The notes under the pieces: model-generated
Told to the model about the DNA's origin: nothing
Database searches by the model: none
What the model saw: the letters and a program-made list of their open reading frames with translations, nothing else
Part shown: positions 40,373 to 51,081 of the stretch, piece by piece
Layout: every line of letters begins with the position of its first letter
How positions within the stretch are numbered: position 1 is the first letter of the stretch
DNA from: Alphaproteobacteria bacterium
GTDB lineage: Bacteria; Pseudomonadota; Alphaproteobacteria; RF32; CAG-239
Assembly (NCBI GenBank): GCA_045644765.1
Contig: JAZRHM010000029.1
Span: 4,972-68,971, forward strand
Direction of reading: 5' to 3'
Length of the DNA stretch: 64,000 nt
Translations under genes and position numbers: made by a program

Positions 40373-41206
40373 ATGAGTTCTATCGGTAAGCTAGTCAGGA
40401 AATCGCAAGCGGTGATGTTTTGGTGTATGCGGGTGTTGCCCAAAGCTAAGAGAGAGGCTGTTTATACATTATATGCTTTTTGTAAGCATATTGATAATGT
40501 AATTGACGGTAACTTAGATAAAGAAGAAAAATTAGAAATTTTTAAGGCTTGGCAAGAAGAACTTATAAATATTTATGATAAAAAAGTTCCGCTCAGTAAT
40601 ATAGGGCGCAAAATTTATAAAAATTGTATGCGTTTCAAGATATGTAAAGAAGATTTTAAACAAATTTTATCTTCAGCTATGATGAATTTTCCGGAATATA
40701 TTAAAGCGCCTGATTATGAAAATTTTTATAAATATTGTTATGGATTAGTAGAAATTCCAATGTATATAACCTTGTCTATTATGGGTGTTTTAGATGAGAA
40801 GCAAAGAAGAGAATTATCTCAAAACTTTGGTCGTGCAATATTTATTACAGATGTTTTAAAAGACATTAAAGACGATGCTATGCGTGGTCGTCTATATCTT
40901 CCTGTAGAGTTGCTAAAGCAAGCAAATATTACTTCGAAAGATCCTTTAACTGTGGTTACGGATAAAAATTTAATATCTGTAAGGGAAACTTTATCTCGTG
41001 ATGTTTCGGTTTGTTTTGAAAAAGCTTTTGATACATTACAATGTACCGATAGAAAAATAACAAGACCACTTAGGTTTATTTTGCATATTTATAAACGATA
41101 TTTTGATATTATGCAAAATAGAGGATGGGAAATTATATCTCCTAAACCGATTATTGGTTTTAAGGATAAGGTGGCAATTGTATATAAAGTTGTTTTTGAT
41201 AAATAA
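40373..41206 (+). CDS. Squalene/phytoene synthase family protein (HpnD/CrtB-like)
   Basis: YTLYAFCKHIDNVIDG Asp-rich motif I and YCYGLVE...DxxxD region. Confidence 0.65.
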   Translation: MSSIGKLVRKSQAVMFWCMRVLPKAKREAVYTLYAFCKHIDNVIDGNLDKEEKLEIFKAWQEELINIYDKKVPLSNIGRKIYKNCMRFKICKEDFKQILSSAMMNFPEYIKAPDYENFYKYCYGLVEIPMYITLSIMGVLDEKQRRELSQNFGRAIFITDVLKDIKDDAMRGRLYLPVELLKQANITSKDPLTVVTDKNLISVRETLSRDVSVCFEKAFDTLQCTDRKITRPLRFILHIYKRYFDIMQNRGWEIISPKPIIGFKDKVAIVYKVVFDK

Positions 41207-41250
41207 TATCTTGTTATAAATTAATAAAAAACACTTTATTATAGTATTAT

Positions 41251-42186
41251 ATGTTATATCCTTTCGTTAGTGTGACTAATATGAAAGGAAATTTAATGTT
41301 AAAGTTTTATAATCTTATATTACTTTCTACAGTTTTGATGTTGCCGTCAATTAATGTGATGGCTGAAGAAACCGGTAATGTAGTTGAAGAAGCTCCAAAA
41401 AGCTCATTAAAAGCAAATTTAAATCGTATAGCTTTACAATATAACCAAAATAGTGTTACCAATAAAGATGAGGAAGATAATTATCCAGGTAGTTTCAGTT
41501 CTGATGAGCAAGAAGTTTTTACAGGTATATTTGATGGAAATATTGAATATGCTACAGATAATATGGTTTGGCTAAACAGCTTGTTTATGGAATATGGTGA
41601 AAGTAAGACCACAGAAGATGGTGAAACTACAAAAAGTGAAAACGCAGATAAGATTTTATTTACAACAGATTATACTCATAAACTTTGGCAGTTGGAAGAA
41701 GGTATTGTAGGTCCTTTTGTTAATTTAGGCTATCAAACTGAATTTACAACTTTTACGGCTGACGATGGTGATGATTACAGAACCAAAATATTGCGGGGTA
41801 AAACAGGTGTAAAATTATACGATGGAAAGCATTTTAAAGAATTATATGCAGCGATAGTTGAAGAAGCTGATTTTACCTATGGTGATACAAATATGAAAAC
41901 AGGTGCTGAAATAGGTTATAGATTTGAGTATGATATCAGAGAAGATATGCAATTTGTTTCATCAGGTTATTATCGTCACTTTTTTGAGTATGGTAAATAT
42001 GAAAGAACCGATTATAAATATGAATTAGAAACGAATAATCGTATTGATGTGGCTATAATAAACGGCTTATCATTTGCACCTTTTGTAAATTATCATCTCG
42101 CTAAAACAAGAGGAGCTGAAAAAAGTAGAAGTGATACAACGGTTGGCCTATCTTTGGGTTATAAAACTAATTATCAATTTTGGTAA
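41251..42186 (+). CDS. Outer-membrane beta-barrel protein (signal peptide, C-terminal ...YQFW)
   Basis: Signal peptide, alternating amphipathic strands, terminal aromatic; start may be 41281. Confidence 0.55.
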   Translation: MLYPFVSVTNMKGNLMLKFYNLILLSTVLMLPSINVMAEETGNVVEEAPKSSLKANLNRIALQYNQNSVTNKDEEDNYPGSFSSDEQEVFTGIFDGNIEYATDNMVWLNSLFMEYGESKTTEDGETTKSENADKILFTTDYTHKLWQLEEGIVGPFVNLGYQTEFTTFTADDGDDYRTKILRGKTGVKLYDGKHFKELYAAIVEEADFTYGDTNMKTGAEIGYRFEYDIREDMQFVSSGYYRHFFEYGKYERTDYKYELETNNRIDVAIINGLSFAPFVNYHLAKTRGAEKSRSDTTVGLSLGYKTNYQFW

Positions 42187-42286
42187 AATAGCTGAACTAA
42201 ATAAACCTCCATTGTTACAATGGGGGTTTATTTACAAAAAAGAACCGTCGCTAACAGCGACGGTTTGTATAGTATATGAAGTTTTG

Positions 42287-42463
42287 CTACGATTGTCTCT
42301 CTTTACTCTTATCCATATCAGCTTTGGAGTTGTTATTAGTTGAACGAGCGTATTCTTCAGCTAATTTACCAACAGAAACTTTTTCCTGCATAAAGCGCAT
42401 TCCTGTAAGCATGGACTTACGTCTGAAGTCTTGTGCTTTTTTCAATGAAATCTCGTTTACCAT
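42287..42463 (-). CDS. Small basic hypothetical protein (58 aa, MVNEISLKKAQDFRRKSMLTGMRF...), strong AAAGGAG RBS, own terminator
   Basis: Manual translation; below ORF-track cutoff. Confidence 0.45.
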   Translation of the reverse strand: MVNEISLKKAQDFRRKSMLTGMRFMQEKVSVGKLAEEYARSTNNNSKADMDKSKERQS

Positions 42464-42577
42464 GACTATTCTCCTTTAGCCAAAATTTATTATTAGTGTC
42501 AATATAACATAGTTTTTAAAAGCTGTCAAGTATATGTAACAAAAATATTACAAAATAGTGTATTTTTTTATTACATA

Positions 42578-45013
42578 TTATTTTCCTAAACATCCTTGAG
42601 TTTCTTTTGCATACTTAACATAATACTTATAGTATTCATCCAAATTTTTTGAAACCAAATAATTTACCGTGCCTTTAGGATATTTACCGTTTTTGTCCGG
42701 AACTCCGGCAGGTACACCTGTTAAAATCTCGATTCCATCATCTACTGTATCGACGGCATATATATGGAACATGTTATTTTCTACAGCTTCAACGATTTCT
42801 TCTTTAAGCATTAGGTTGTTAACATTTGTTGCTGGTATAATAACACCTTGTTTGCCGGTTAATCCATTGTATTTGCATACTTCAAAGAAACCTTCAATTT
42901 TTTCGTTTACTCCCCCTATGGGTTGGATTTCTCCGAATTGATTGATTGATCCGGTAACAGCAATGCTTTGTTTGATAGGTAATTCTGAAATTGCTGAAAG
43001 TAGGCAGTAGTACTCGGTAGAAGATGCGCTGTCACCGTCTACACCACCATATGATTGCTCAAATACGATTGATGCTGATAATGACAATGGCTTATGTTTT
43101 GCGAATCTGTTAGAAAGAAGTGCTTGTAAAATAAGAACACCCTTAGTATGTATAGGCCCACTCATTTCAATTTCGCGTTCAATGTTTACAAATTCGCCTT
43201 TTCCCATTCGAACTTGAGTGGTAATACGCGCTGGTTTTCCGAAAGAATTGCGCGAGAAATTGTATACAACCAATCCGTTTATTTGTCCGATGCGTTCCCC
43301 TTGTACATCCATTAAGATTGTACCTTTATCAATTTGTTCAAGCATGGCTTTATTTACTCGATCGCTACGGTAGATTTGAGCGCTAATGGCTTGAATGATA
43401 TGATTTTTACCAATTTGTTTGGCGTTAGATTTCCTAGCCCAATAATCGGCTTCTCTAAGTAAGTCGCCAATAGAAGCTATATGAGCCGTTAATTTTTCAG
43501 AATCGTCTGCCAGACGTGATGAATATTCAATAACTTTGGCAACAGCTTGTTTATTTAATGAACGAATTTTTTTCTTTTTAGATAAAGAACCGATAAGCTT
43601 TGCATATTCAATTTCATTTTCATCTGTTCTATCCATAACAATACCAAAATCGGCAACCACCTTAAAATAATCAGAAAAATCGGGATCACGTTCAGCTAAA
43701 AGTTCATAAAGCTCTTCATCTCCGGTTAAAATGATTTTTACATCTAAAGGTATTGGTTCCGGATCGAGAGAAATTGTTGTGAAGCTTGTTTCATCACTGG
43801 GTGATTCGATTTTTATATTTTTTGAAGCTAAGGCTCTCTTTAAGGAATCCCAAGCATATGGTTGGATTAAGAGTTTTCTGGCATCAATTAACAAGAATCC
43901 TCCATTTGCTTGATGTAATGCTCCGGATTTAATTAAAGTAAAATCTGTTAAAAGAGCACCGTATTGTTGAACTCTTTCGACTTTTCCTACTAAGTTTCCT
44001 TGTGTGGGATGATCTAATAAAACTATTGGAGCTCCTGATTTAGGAGTGTTTTTTATAATTACATTCACCTTGAATTTAGCAAATTTGTCTTCGTCATTTT
44101 TATTCATGCGACTTAAAAGTTGATTTAGAGGATCTTCGTCATTGCCGGCATTCTGAGGCTGAGTGTCTGGCATAAACTCATCAATACTGTCAATTATGTT
44201 TTTTTGCACATTTCTTAAAAAATCAATAGCTCCTTTAAATTTTTTATATTTCAACTTTAATTCGTCTATAGGCTTGGTTATCAGATTTTTTGCCATTTTT
44301 TCGCGTAAACGCTCAATTTCAAGGCGTTGCTTTTCTTCCCATAAAGGTAATTCTTGAGAAGTGTTCTCTATTTCAGTTTGCATGGCGTTCAAGTCAGCTG
44401 TTATTTTTTGTTTATCTTCAGGTGAAAGTTGTTCAAAAGCTTCCGGACTTAACACTTCTCCATCTTTTACCGGTGCAACAACAATTCCAACAGGCATGTG
44501 TAATAAAGATACACTTTTACCACGAGCTTTTTTCTGTAAAATTTTTATATAATCATCCTTTTTGCTTTTATATTTCTGCCTAATGATCTCCAAGGCTGCT
44601 TTATATTCTTCACTATCGGGGATGGTTGGAATATAATTTCTTAATTCATCTATCAAGTCGTCAACATCTTTAGCAAACTCTGTGGCAATTCCTGCCTCAA
44701 AATATATAGCATTTGGTTTATGTGGTTCCTCAAAATTATAAACATATGCCCAATCATTTGGGGTGGGGCGTAAAACAGCTTCTTTTTCCAAAATACGTTT
44801 AACCAAACTCATTTTACCTGTTCCTTCAGGACCGAAACAAAATAAGTTATATCCTTTTGATTTGATATTTATTCCAAGTTCTACAGCACTTATAGCTCTA
44901 TCTTGACCTAATGCTGACAAGCGTTCTTCTAAATCGGCTGTTGAATTAAAGTCAAATTTTGAAGGGTCGCATTTTCTGTAAAGCTGTTCCGTTGATAATT
45001 TTGTTATAGCCAT
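42578..45013 (-). CDS. Lon-like ATP-dependent protease, YcbZ/LonH-type (AAA+ with S16 C-terminal domain)
   Basis: GPEGTGKMSL Walker A, HQANGGFLLIDARKLL, C-terminal GDSASSTEY...GVNEKIEG S16 motifs. Confidence 0.8.
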   Translation of the reverse strand: MAITKLSTEQLYRKCDPSKFDFNSTADLEERLSALGQDRAISAVELGINIKSKGYNLFCFGPEGTGKMSLVKRILEKEAVLRPTPNDWAYVYNFEEPHKPNAIYFEAGIATEFAKDVDDLIDELRNYIPTIPDSEEYKAALEIIRQKYKSKKDDYIKILQKKARGKSVSLLHMPVGIVVAPVKDGEVLSPEAFEQLSPEDKQKITADLNAMQTEIENTSQELPLWEEKQRLEIERLREKMAKNLITKPIDELKLKYKKFKGAIDFLRNVQKNIIDSIDEFMPDTQPQNAGNDEDPLNQLLSRMNKNDEDKFAKFKVNVIIKNTPKSGAPIVLLDHPTQGNLVGKVERVQQYGALLTDFTLIKSGALHQANGGFLLIDARKLLIQPYAWDSLKRALASKNIKIESPSDETSFTTISLDPEPIPLDVKIILTGDEELYELLAERDPDFSDYFKVVADFGIVMDRTDENEIEYAKLIGSLSKKKKIRSLNKQAVAKVIEYSSRLADDSEKLTAHIASIGDLLREADYWARKSNAKQIGKNHIIQAISAQIYRSDRVNKAMLEQIDKGTILMDVQGERIGQINGLVVYNFSRNSFGKPARITTQVRMGKGEFVNIEREIEMSGPIHTKGVLILQALLSNRFAKHKPLSLSASIVFEQSYGGVDGDSASSTEYYCLLSAISELPIKQSIAVTGSINQFGEIQPIGGVNEKIEGFFEVCKYNGLTGKQGVIIPATNVNNLMLKEEIVEAVENNMFHIYAVDTVDDGIEILTGVPAGVPDKNGKYPKGTVNYLVSKNLDEYYKYYVKYAKETQGCLGK

Positions 45014-45084
45014 AGTGTAAAATCCTTTTGCATTTTAATTTATAATTTGTATAATTATATGGGTAAAAAACTAATTTAGTGTAA

Positions 45085-46572
45085 ATGTCGATGAAATATT
45101 TTTATTTAATTTTAATATTTTTGGTGCTGTACATAGTTTGGCAGTCGATAAAGTTTGCAATGTTAAAGCGTTTTTTCCATGCATGTGTATTAAAAAAAGC
45201 TTTGTTTATCTATTCTCTAAAAGATAAACATAATGTATTTTCCTCATATATTTGGCTCAAGGTTGCTAATCTTTATAGCGGGGTATCTCGTGATAAAAAA
45301 GAAATCTTTGTGAAGTTGTTGGAAGATGAAAATTTTGAGCAAGTTATAAATTGTGTTACTGCTAAAAGTTCAGGTTTATCTTATGCTTTTAGGGCTATGT
45401 TGGGGTTGAAAAAAAGCAAGTTTAACTTGCAACAATATGTAAATAAAAATCAGAATGATATAGATGCTTTACTTATGCTGGCGATGATTTATGCCGAAGA
45501 TTTTGCATATACTAAATTAGAAAAAATACTTAATAAATTAAAATCGTTAAAATTAAATAAAAACGAAAAGTATATGGTTTATATTTTGGAATCAAAGCTT
45601 TATATGCATGATACAGATATGCTTTCAGCAAGTAGAAAAGCTTTTAAGGCAATACGCTTTTTCAAAAGAAATGAGTTTTTATATGAAGAAGCTCAGTCTT
45701 ATGTGCTGCTAGGTGAAATATACAGAATTAGCGCTATGTATGATGTTTCGCAAATGATGTATGAGGCTGCGCAAAAAATATATTCTGCACTTGGGAATGT
45801 TATAAAAGTTGCTGATGTGAAAACTCTTAAAGCAATTTTGTTTATGGGACAAGAAAGATTTGTTGAAGCAAAAGAAGTGTTTGATGAATGTAAAAAGATT
45901 TTTAAGAAGAACAATTTGAAGAAAAAGTATGCTGAAGTGTTAAATCAGCAAGCATTATTATATATTTTACAAGGTAGATACTCAATAGCATTAAAAAATG
46001 CAACAAATGCAAGGGAAATACACAGACAAATTAAAAATAAAAGAGGAGAGAGCTTTTCGTTGGAGCTTGCTTCTTTGGTTGAATATAATAAACATCATTA
46101 CAAAGATGCTCTTGATTTTGCAGTTGATGCGATGTCTTTGTATGAGAGATCTAAAAATTATGCTGCTTATGAGGATAGCGCATTTGTAGCAGCTCAATCT
46201 TGTTTTGCACTCAAGGAATATGAGAAATCGGAACAGTTTTGCAGAAAAATTCTTAACATACACAGTAAGCATAATACATGTTTTCATGTGGCAAATGTGT
46301 ATTCACTATTAGGGCTTATTTATGTTAAACTTAATGATTTTAACAGAGCATCTGCATTGTTTAAAAAATCTTTGAATATAGAGCAATGTAATGAAAGATA
46401 TTCCGCTGTGGCAATTGATTATGTTAATTTGGCATTAATTGATAAAAAAACAGGTAAACTAAACAGTGCGTTGCATAATTTTCAATCAGCATTAAGCAGT
46501 GCTAAAAAACAAAATGATGAAAAGTTGTGTGCGATAATAGAACAACAAATTAAAAAAATAAAAAAGTTTTAG
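45085..46572 (+). CDS. TPR-repeat protein with N-terminal TM helix
   Basis: Repeated TPR-like A/Y/L patterns. Confidence 0.55.
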   Translation: MSMKYFYLILIFLVLYIVWQSIKFAMLKRFFHACVLKKALFIYSLKDKHNVFSSYIWLKVANLYSGVSRDKKEIFVKLLEDENFEQVINCVTAKSSGLSYAFRAMLGLKKSKFNLQQYVNKNQNDIDALLMLAMIYAEDFAYTKLEKILNKLKSLKLNKNEKYMVYILESKLYMHDTDMLSASRKAFKAIRFFKRNEFLYEEAQSYVLLGEIYRISAMYDVSQMMYEAAQKIYSALGNVIKVADVKTLKAILFMGQERFVEAKEVFDECKKIFKKNNLKKKYAEVLNQQALLYILQGRYSIALKNATNAREIHRQIKNKRGESFSLELASLVEYNKHHYKDALDFAVDAMSLYERSKNYAAYEDSAFVAAQSCFALKEYEKSEQFCRKILNIHSKHNTCFHVANVYSLLGLIYVKLNDFNRASALFKKSLNIEQCNERYSAVAIDYVNLALIDKKTGKLNSALHNFQSALSSAKKQNDEKLCAIIEQQIKKIKKF

Positions 46573-46651
46573 ATAATAAGTAATATATTTTTAATGAATT
46601 AACATTATATTTATAACCACTATTCTTAAAATTGACAGAAGAGAGGAAGTT

Positions 46652-48070
46652 TTGGTATTTAAGAATATAGCATTGTATTTGATGACTACACGTTTTAGTG
46701 TGGCTGTGACGCAAAATTTAAACGGTATGGCCGGATTCTTTCAAAGACATTTTTCCGGAACCGATAATTTGCGTGTGGTTTCAATTATATTATTGCTTTT
46801 AGCCTTTGTGCTGTTTTTATTTCTTGTGATTATATTGTATATAAAATCGCTTCTTTCTTTTATTAAAAACGATGTGTCTCCCTCTATACAAGGATCTGTA
46901 AAAGCAGATTCTTCAAAGATTTCTCAAGAACTTGAATATGAAAAAATGAAAGAAAAAGAACTTGAACAAGAGTTGGATAAATCAAAGCGTTTAAAACAAG
47001 AAAACCAAAATAGAATTAAAAGAGAAGCAGAGCGTAAAGCACGAGAAAGTAATGCTCGTAAATTAGAAGAGAGAAAAAAATCTCAAATTGATAGTTTGTA
47101 TCAAAAATCTAAGATTTTAGAAAAAAATAATGAAGTTGAATTTGAAAGGCGAAATAAAAATTATTTCGGTACCAGAAGAGATTTTGATTGGAAAACTGAT
47201 AGAGTTGTAGAATTAGATGAAGCTACAGCCGGTATAAGCTCTTTCAGATATGAACAGACATATAGAACGCTTGATTCTATGACCGGACTTATTTTGAATA
47301 TGTTTGCTCGTAATATAGATTCCGGAAAAATTGCTCAAACACTTAGAGTAAGATGTGGAGATAAAGCTTCTGAAGAAGATATTATACAATTGATTGATTC
47401 TATGAAAAATTTTATTTCATTGTGTAATAATGGTAAATTTACCAATCTTCCGGGTGCCGAATATTTACCGACTCCTGATGAGGCGTTGTATAATTTAGCA
47501 CAAGGTGATAGTACGTATTGTTTATCTATGCTTGAAGCATTAATGAATAGTACTGTTGATAAAGGTCACAGTGTTAAAATTGCCCAAAAACGTGATATAG
47601 CTTTTATGGAAGCTTCAAATTATGCTTGTACATTTGGTACTCTAGCCAGCCTTACAGATAAGCAGTTGGCGTTGAGCTCATTTGAACTTGCTATTGAGCT
47701 GTCTCCTAAAAATGTTAATGCATGGAGCCGCGTGGCAGATATGTATAATGTATCTTCTCTTGATAGTAAAGCGATTTGGGCTTATCAAAATGTTATAACC
47801 ATGGGTGATGAGGATATTTATCCTCATCAGGTAGCAAATGCTAATATGCAAATGTCAAAATACTATTACTCACAAGGTGACAATGCAAAAGCATCAAGTT
47901 TATATTCTTACAGTCATAATTACTATTCTTCTATCGGTATAAATCAAGAATTGACTGTAAAAGAGCATGATATAATTGGTATTATAGAATCGAAACAACA
48001 AGAAGATTTACCGGATACAATTAATAAATTGTTACATGTCTCACGACAAAGACAAGCCGGATACAGATAA
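46652..48070 (+). CDS. Hypothetical membrane-anchored protein with basic coiled-coil and C-terminal TPR/Sel1-like region
   Basis: TM helix, KE-rich coiled coil; TTG start, alt ATG 46682. Confidence 0.45.
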   Translation: MVFKNIALYLMTTRFSVAVTQNLNGMAGFFQRHFSGTDNLRVVSIILLLLAFVLFLFLVIILYIKSLLSFIKNDVSPSIQGSVKADSSKISQELEYEKMKEKELEQELDKSKRLKQENQNRIKREAERKARESNARKLEERKKSQIDSLYQKSKILEKNNEVEFERRNKNYFGTRRDFDWKTDRVVELDEATAGISSFRYEQTYRTLDSMTGLILNMFARNIDSGKIAQTLRVRCGDKASEEDIIQLIDSMKNFISLCNNGKFTNLPGAEYLPTPDEALYNLAQGDSTYCLSMLEALMNSTVDKGHSVKIAQKRDIAFMEASNYACTFGTLASLTDKQLALSSFELAIELSPKNVNAWSRVADMYNVSSLDSKAIWAYQNVITMGDEDIYPHQVANANMQMSKYYYSQGDNAKASSLYSYSHNYYSSIGINQELTVKEHDIIGIIESKQQEDLPDTINKLLHVSRQRQAGYR

Positions 48071-48112
48071 TAAAAAACGGAACTTAGAGTTCCGTTTTTT
48101 ATTATTGAAAAA

Positions 48113-48352
48113 TTATTCATTTGCTCCTGGGCATATTTTAGCCTGTTCTGCATTAAATTTTACAAATTTTTCATCAGCTTCAGAATCGTTTGCAATGGCG
48201 CCTTGAGGACATTCAGCAATACATACTCCACAGTCAATACACACATCTGGATCCACAACTAATTGAGTTTCGCATTCATGAAAAGCATCAACCGGGCAAA
48301 CGCTTGCGCAAATTTTACATTTAATGCAACTGTCATTTACTACTGAAGGCAT
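48113..48352 (-). CDS. 2x[4Fe-4S] ferredoxin
   Basis: CIKCKICASVCP and CIDCGVCIAECP motifs. Confidence 0.85.
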   Translation of the reverse strand: MPSVVNDSCIKCKICASVCPVDAFHECETQLVVDPDVCIDCGVCIAECPQGAIANDSEADEKFVKFNAEQAKICPGANE

Positions 48353-48501
48353 AAATTATCTCCTAAAAATTGTTAACATCAATTCAAGAAATATCTTTAG
48401 AGTATTTAAAAATAAAAGCAAGTAAAATTTGCATATAACTCTTGCGAAATGTGTTTTTTATACCCATATAACAATTATGTTAATGAAAATTGGAGTGTAA
48501 C

Positions 48502-50340
48502 ATGAGTGAAAAAAGAGAATTTCAAACAGAAGTTGCTAAACTTTTAGATATTGTGATTAATTCACTTTATTCTGAGAAATATATATTTTTAAGAGAACTG
48601 ATTTCTAATGCTAGTGATGCTTGTGATAAGCTAAGATATTGGTCCTTAACTAATCCGGATGTGGCAAAACCTTCGGGAAAAATGCAAATTACAATTACTC
48701 CTAATGACAAAGAACAAGTATTGACAATATCTGATAATGGTATAGGTATGAATAAAGATGACTTGATAAATCATATAGGAACAATTGCAAAATCCGGTAC
48801 GGCAGATTTTGTAAATAATGTTAAAGATAATGGTTCTGTTGTTGATTTAATAGGTCAGTTTGGTGTTGGTTTTTATTCAGCTTTTATGGTGGCTTCCAAA
48901 GTTGAGATAGTTACAAAAAAAGCAGGAGATGATAAAGCTTGGAAATGGGTTTCTGATGGTTTAGGCGGATATGAAATTTCTGAAGCTAAAAGAGATACAA
49001 ACGGAACCGATATAAAACTATACTTAAAAGATGATGCTAAAGATTTTACTGATACAATTTATTTAAGACATATAATCAGGACATATTCTGATCATGTAGA
49101 ATATCCTATTGTGCTAAATTTGGGTGAGGCTGGAGAAGAAACGGTTAATAATGCATCTGCATTATGGACCAGAAATAAGGCAGAAATTACTGATGAGCAA
49201 TATAAAGAGTTTTATCATCATATTTCAAAAAACTTTGATGATCCTTGGCTTACCCTCCATTTTAAGGCAGAAGGAAGTATAGAATATAATGCTTTGTTAT
49301 ATGTGCCGTCAACAGCTCCTTATGATTTATTTCAGCCAGACAGACAACAAAGTTTGAAACTATACGTAAATAAGGTGTTTATCTCGGATAAAGTAGAAGG
49401 CTTGATACCTGCTTATTTGCGCTTTGTAAAAGGTGTGATTGACAGTTCTGATTTGCCGCTTAATATTTCAAGAGAAATGTTGCAACAAAGTGCACTGTTG
49501 GCAAAGATCAAACAAGGCACTGTTTCCAGAATTTTAAAAGAACTTAAAAAACGAACGAAGGATTATGATGATTATATTAAGTTTTGGAAGGGTTTTGGTA
49601 TTGCATTTAAAGAAGGTATTTACGAAGATTTTTCAAATCGTGAAGAAGTTGCATCATTATCATTGTTTGCCAGCACATTTTCTGATGAAAAGCTAACATC
49701 TTTAGATGAATATATTTCAAGAGCAAAACCGGATCAAAAAGCAATTTATTATGTTACCGGTGATGATGTACCTACGCTTCGTAATAATCCGCAATTGGAA
49801 GCTTTTAAAGAAAACGGAATTGAAGTGTTGCTATTAACAGATCCGATTGATGAATTTTGGACACAAACTTTAACAACCTACAAAACATTTGCAATTAAGC
49901 ATATTTCAAAAGCTGAAATCGATTTAGGTGTTAAAAGAAATAATCCAAAAGCTTTAGAAGGAGATTTGCAAAAACTTACAGACATTATGAGTAAGATGTT
50001 CGAAAAAGAAGTAGGGAAGGTGGCAGTTACGGAAAAGCTGACAACATCTCCTGCTGCATTAAATGTTGAAGATGGGCAAATGAGTATACATTTAGAACGT
50101 TTAATGCGCAATCATCAGCAACAAACAAGTTTTGCAAGTACTCGTATTTTGGAGATAAATCCATATCATCCGTTGATTATTAAGCTTTCAGAATTAACTG
50201 TTGATGAAGCAAATAAACCACAAATTGCCGATATTGCAAGACTCGTTTTAGATCAGGCAAAAATTGCTGAAGGTGAACCTGTTTCTGATCCGGCGTTTTT
50301 TGCTCTGAAATTTAGTGAGTATATAATAAAAGGCATGTAA
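48502..50340 (+). CDS. htpG: Molecular chaperone HtpG (Hsp90)
   Basis: LRELISNASDA, GQFGVGFYS motifs; GGAG RBS before ATG 48502. Confidence 0.9.
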   Translation: MSEKREFQTEVAKLLDIVINSLYSEKYIFLRELISNASDACDKLRYWSLTNPDVAKPSGKMQITITPNDKEQVLTISDNGIGMNKDDLINHIGTIAKSGTADFVNNVKDNGSVVDLIGQFGVGFYSAFMVASKVEIVTKKAGDDKAWKWVSDGLGGYEISEAKRDTNGTDIKLYLKDDAKDFTDTIYLRHIIRTYSDHVEYPIVLNLGEAGEETVNNASALWTRNKAEITDEQYKEFYHHISKNFDDPWLTLHFKAEGSIEYNALLYVPSTAPYDLFQPDRQQSLKLYVNKVFISDKVEGLIPAYLRFVKGVIDSSDLPLNISREMLQQSALLAKIKQGTVSRILKELKKRTKDYDDYIKFWKGFGIAFKEGIYEDFSNREEVASLSLFASTFSDEKLTSLDEYISRAKPDQKAIYYVTGDDVPTLRNNPQLEAFKENGIEVLLLTDPIDEFWTQTLTTYKTFAIKHISKAEIDLGVKRNNPKALEGDLQKLTDIMSKMFEKEVGKVAVTEKLTTSPAALNVEDGQMSIHLERLMRNHQQQTSFASTRILEINPYHPLIIKLSELTVDEANKPQIADIARLVLDQAKIAEGEPVSDPAFFALKFSEYIIKGM

Positions 50341-50401
50341 TACGAGTTTGTTTTATTATATATAAAAAGAAGGGGCTTGCAGCCCCTTTCAGTTTGAGTG
50401 T

Positions 50402-50941
50402 TTAATGAGCAAGATTTGCTATCTTGTCATTTATTTGAGTAGCATTTCCGTTGAAGCTGAAGAACTCAGCAATTTCATCGTATGTAATATTGTCGCCCAA
50501 ATAAGCAAGAGGGTCATCAATATTGCCGTCTCCTAATTGTTTTCCGGTTATGTCTTCCAGATCTTCGACCAAACCGATTAAATAATCTCTGCAAATAGTA
50601 TTACCTCCAATGGTAGCCTTTTGAAGAGTTTGGAGACATAAACCACAGCGCTCGACAAAGTATGCCAAAATGTCTTCTTTGCTCCAGGTGCATGTGATGT
50701 CGCTTATCCATTGACGAAGTGTAGGATATTGAAACATCGCATGATGTTCTTTTAAGCCGAAACGACGTACAATGGTGGCTTGAGCATCCATAAGAACTTT
50801 AGGGTTAAAACCATAAACTTTTTTTCCCAATACCATGCAATGATAATCTTCTCGGCTCATTGTCTCTCTTGCGAAAGCAAGATCAGGGTGGCGCGTTGTT
50901 ACTTTCTTCGCAACGTACGCCTGTACTAATTTTACATTCAT
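50402..50941 (-). CDS. Hypothetical protein, paralog A of a two-gene family
   Basis: Shares LVQAYVAKKV..HPDLAFARETM.REDYHCMVL...ITYDEIAEFFSFNGNA with 51082-51642. Confidence 0.6.
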   Translation of the reverse strand: MNVKLVQAYVAKKVTTRHPDLAFARETMSREDYHCMVLGKKVYGFNPKVLMDAQATIVRRFGLKEHHAMFQYPTLRQWISDITCTWSKEDILAYFVERCGLCLQTLQKATIGGNTICRDYLIGLVEDLEDITGKQLGDGNIDDPLAYLGDNITYDEIAEFFSFNGNATQINDKIANLAH

Positions 50942-51081
50942 AATTGATAATATAATTGGTTGTGTTCGAGTTTTGTAACATATTTTTTTAGTGAATACAA
51001 GTTTTTTTTACCATATATAATTTATAGTAATGGGAAATTGAAAACAAAAAAAGGGGCTTTTAGCCCCTTAAAAAGAATGTG

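Noticed and set aside
42578-45013. Lon-like protease as BREX BrxL (defence system)
   Set aside because: No PglZ, PglX methyltransferase, BrxA/B/C or other defence genes adjacent; neighbours are TPR/housekeeping genes.
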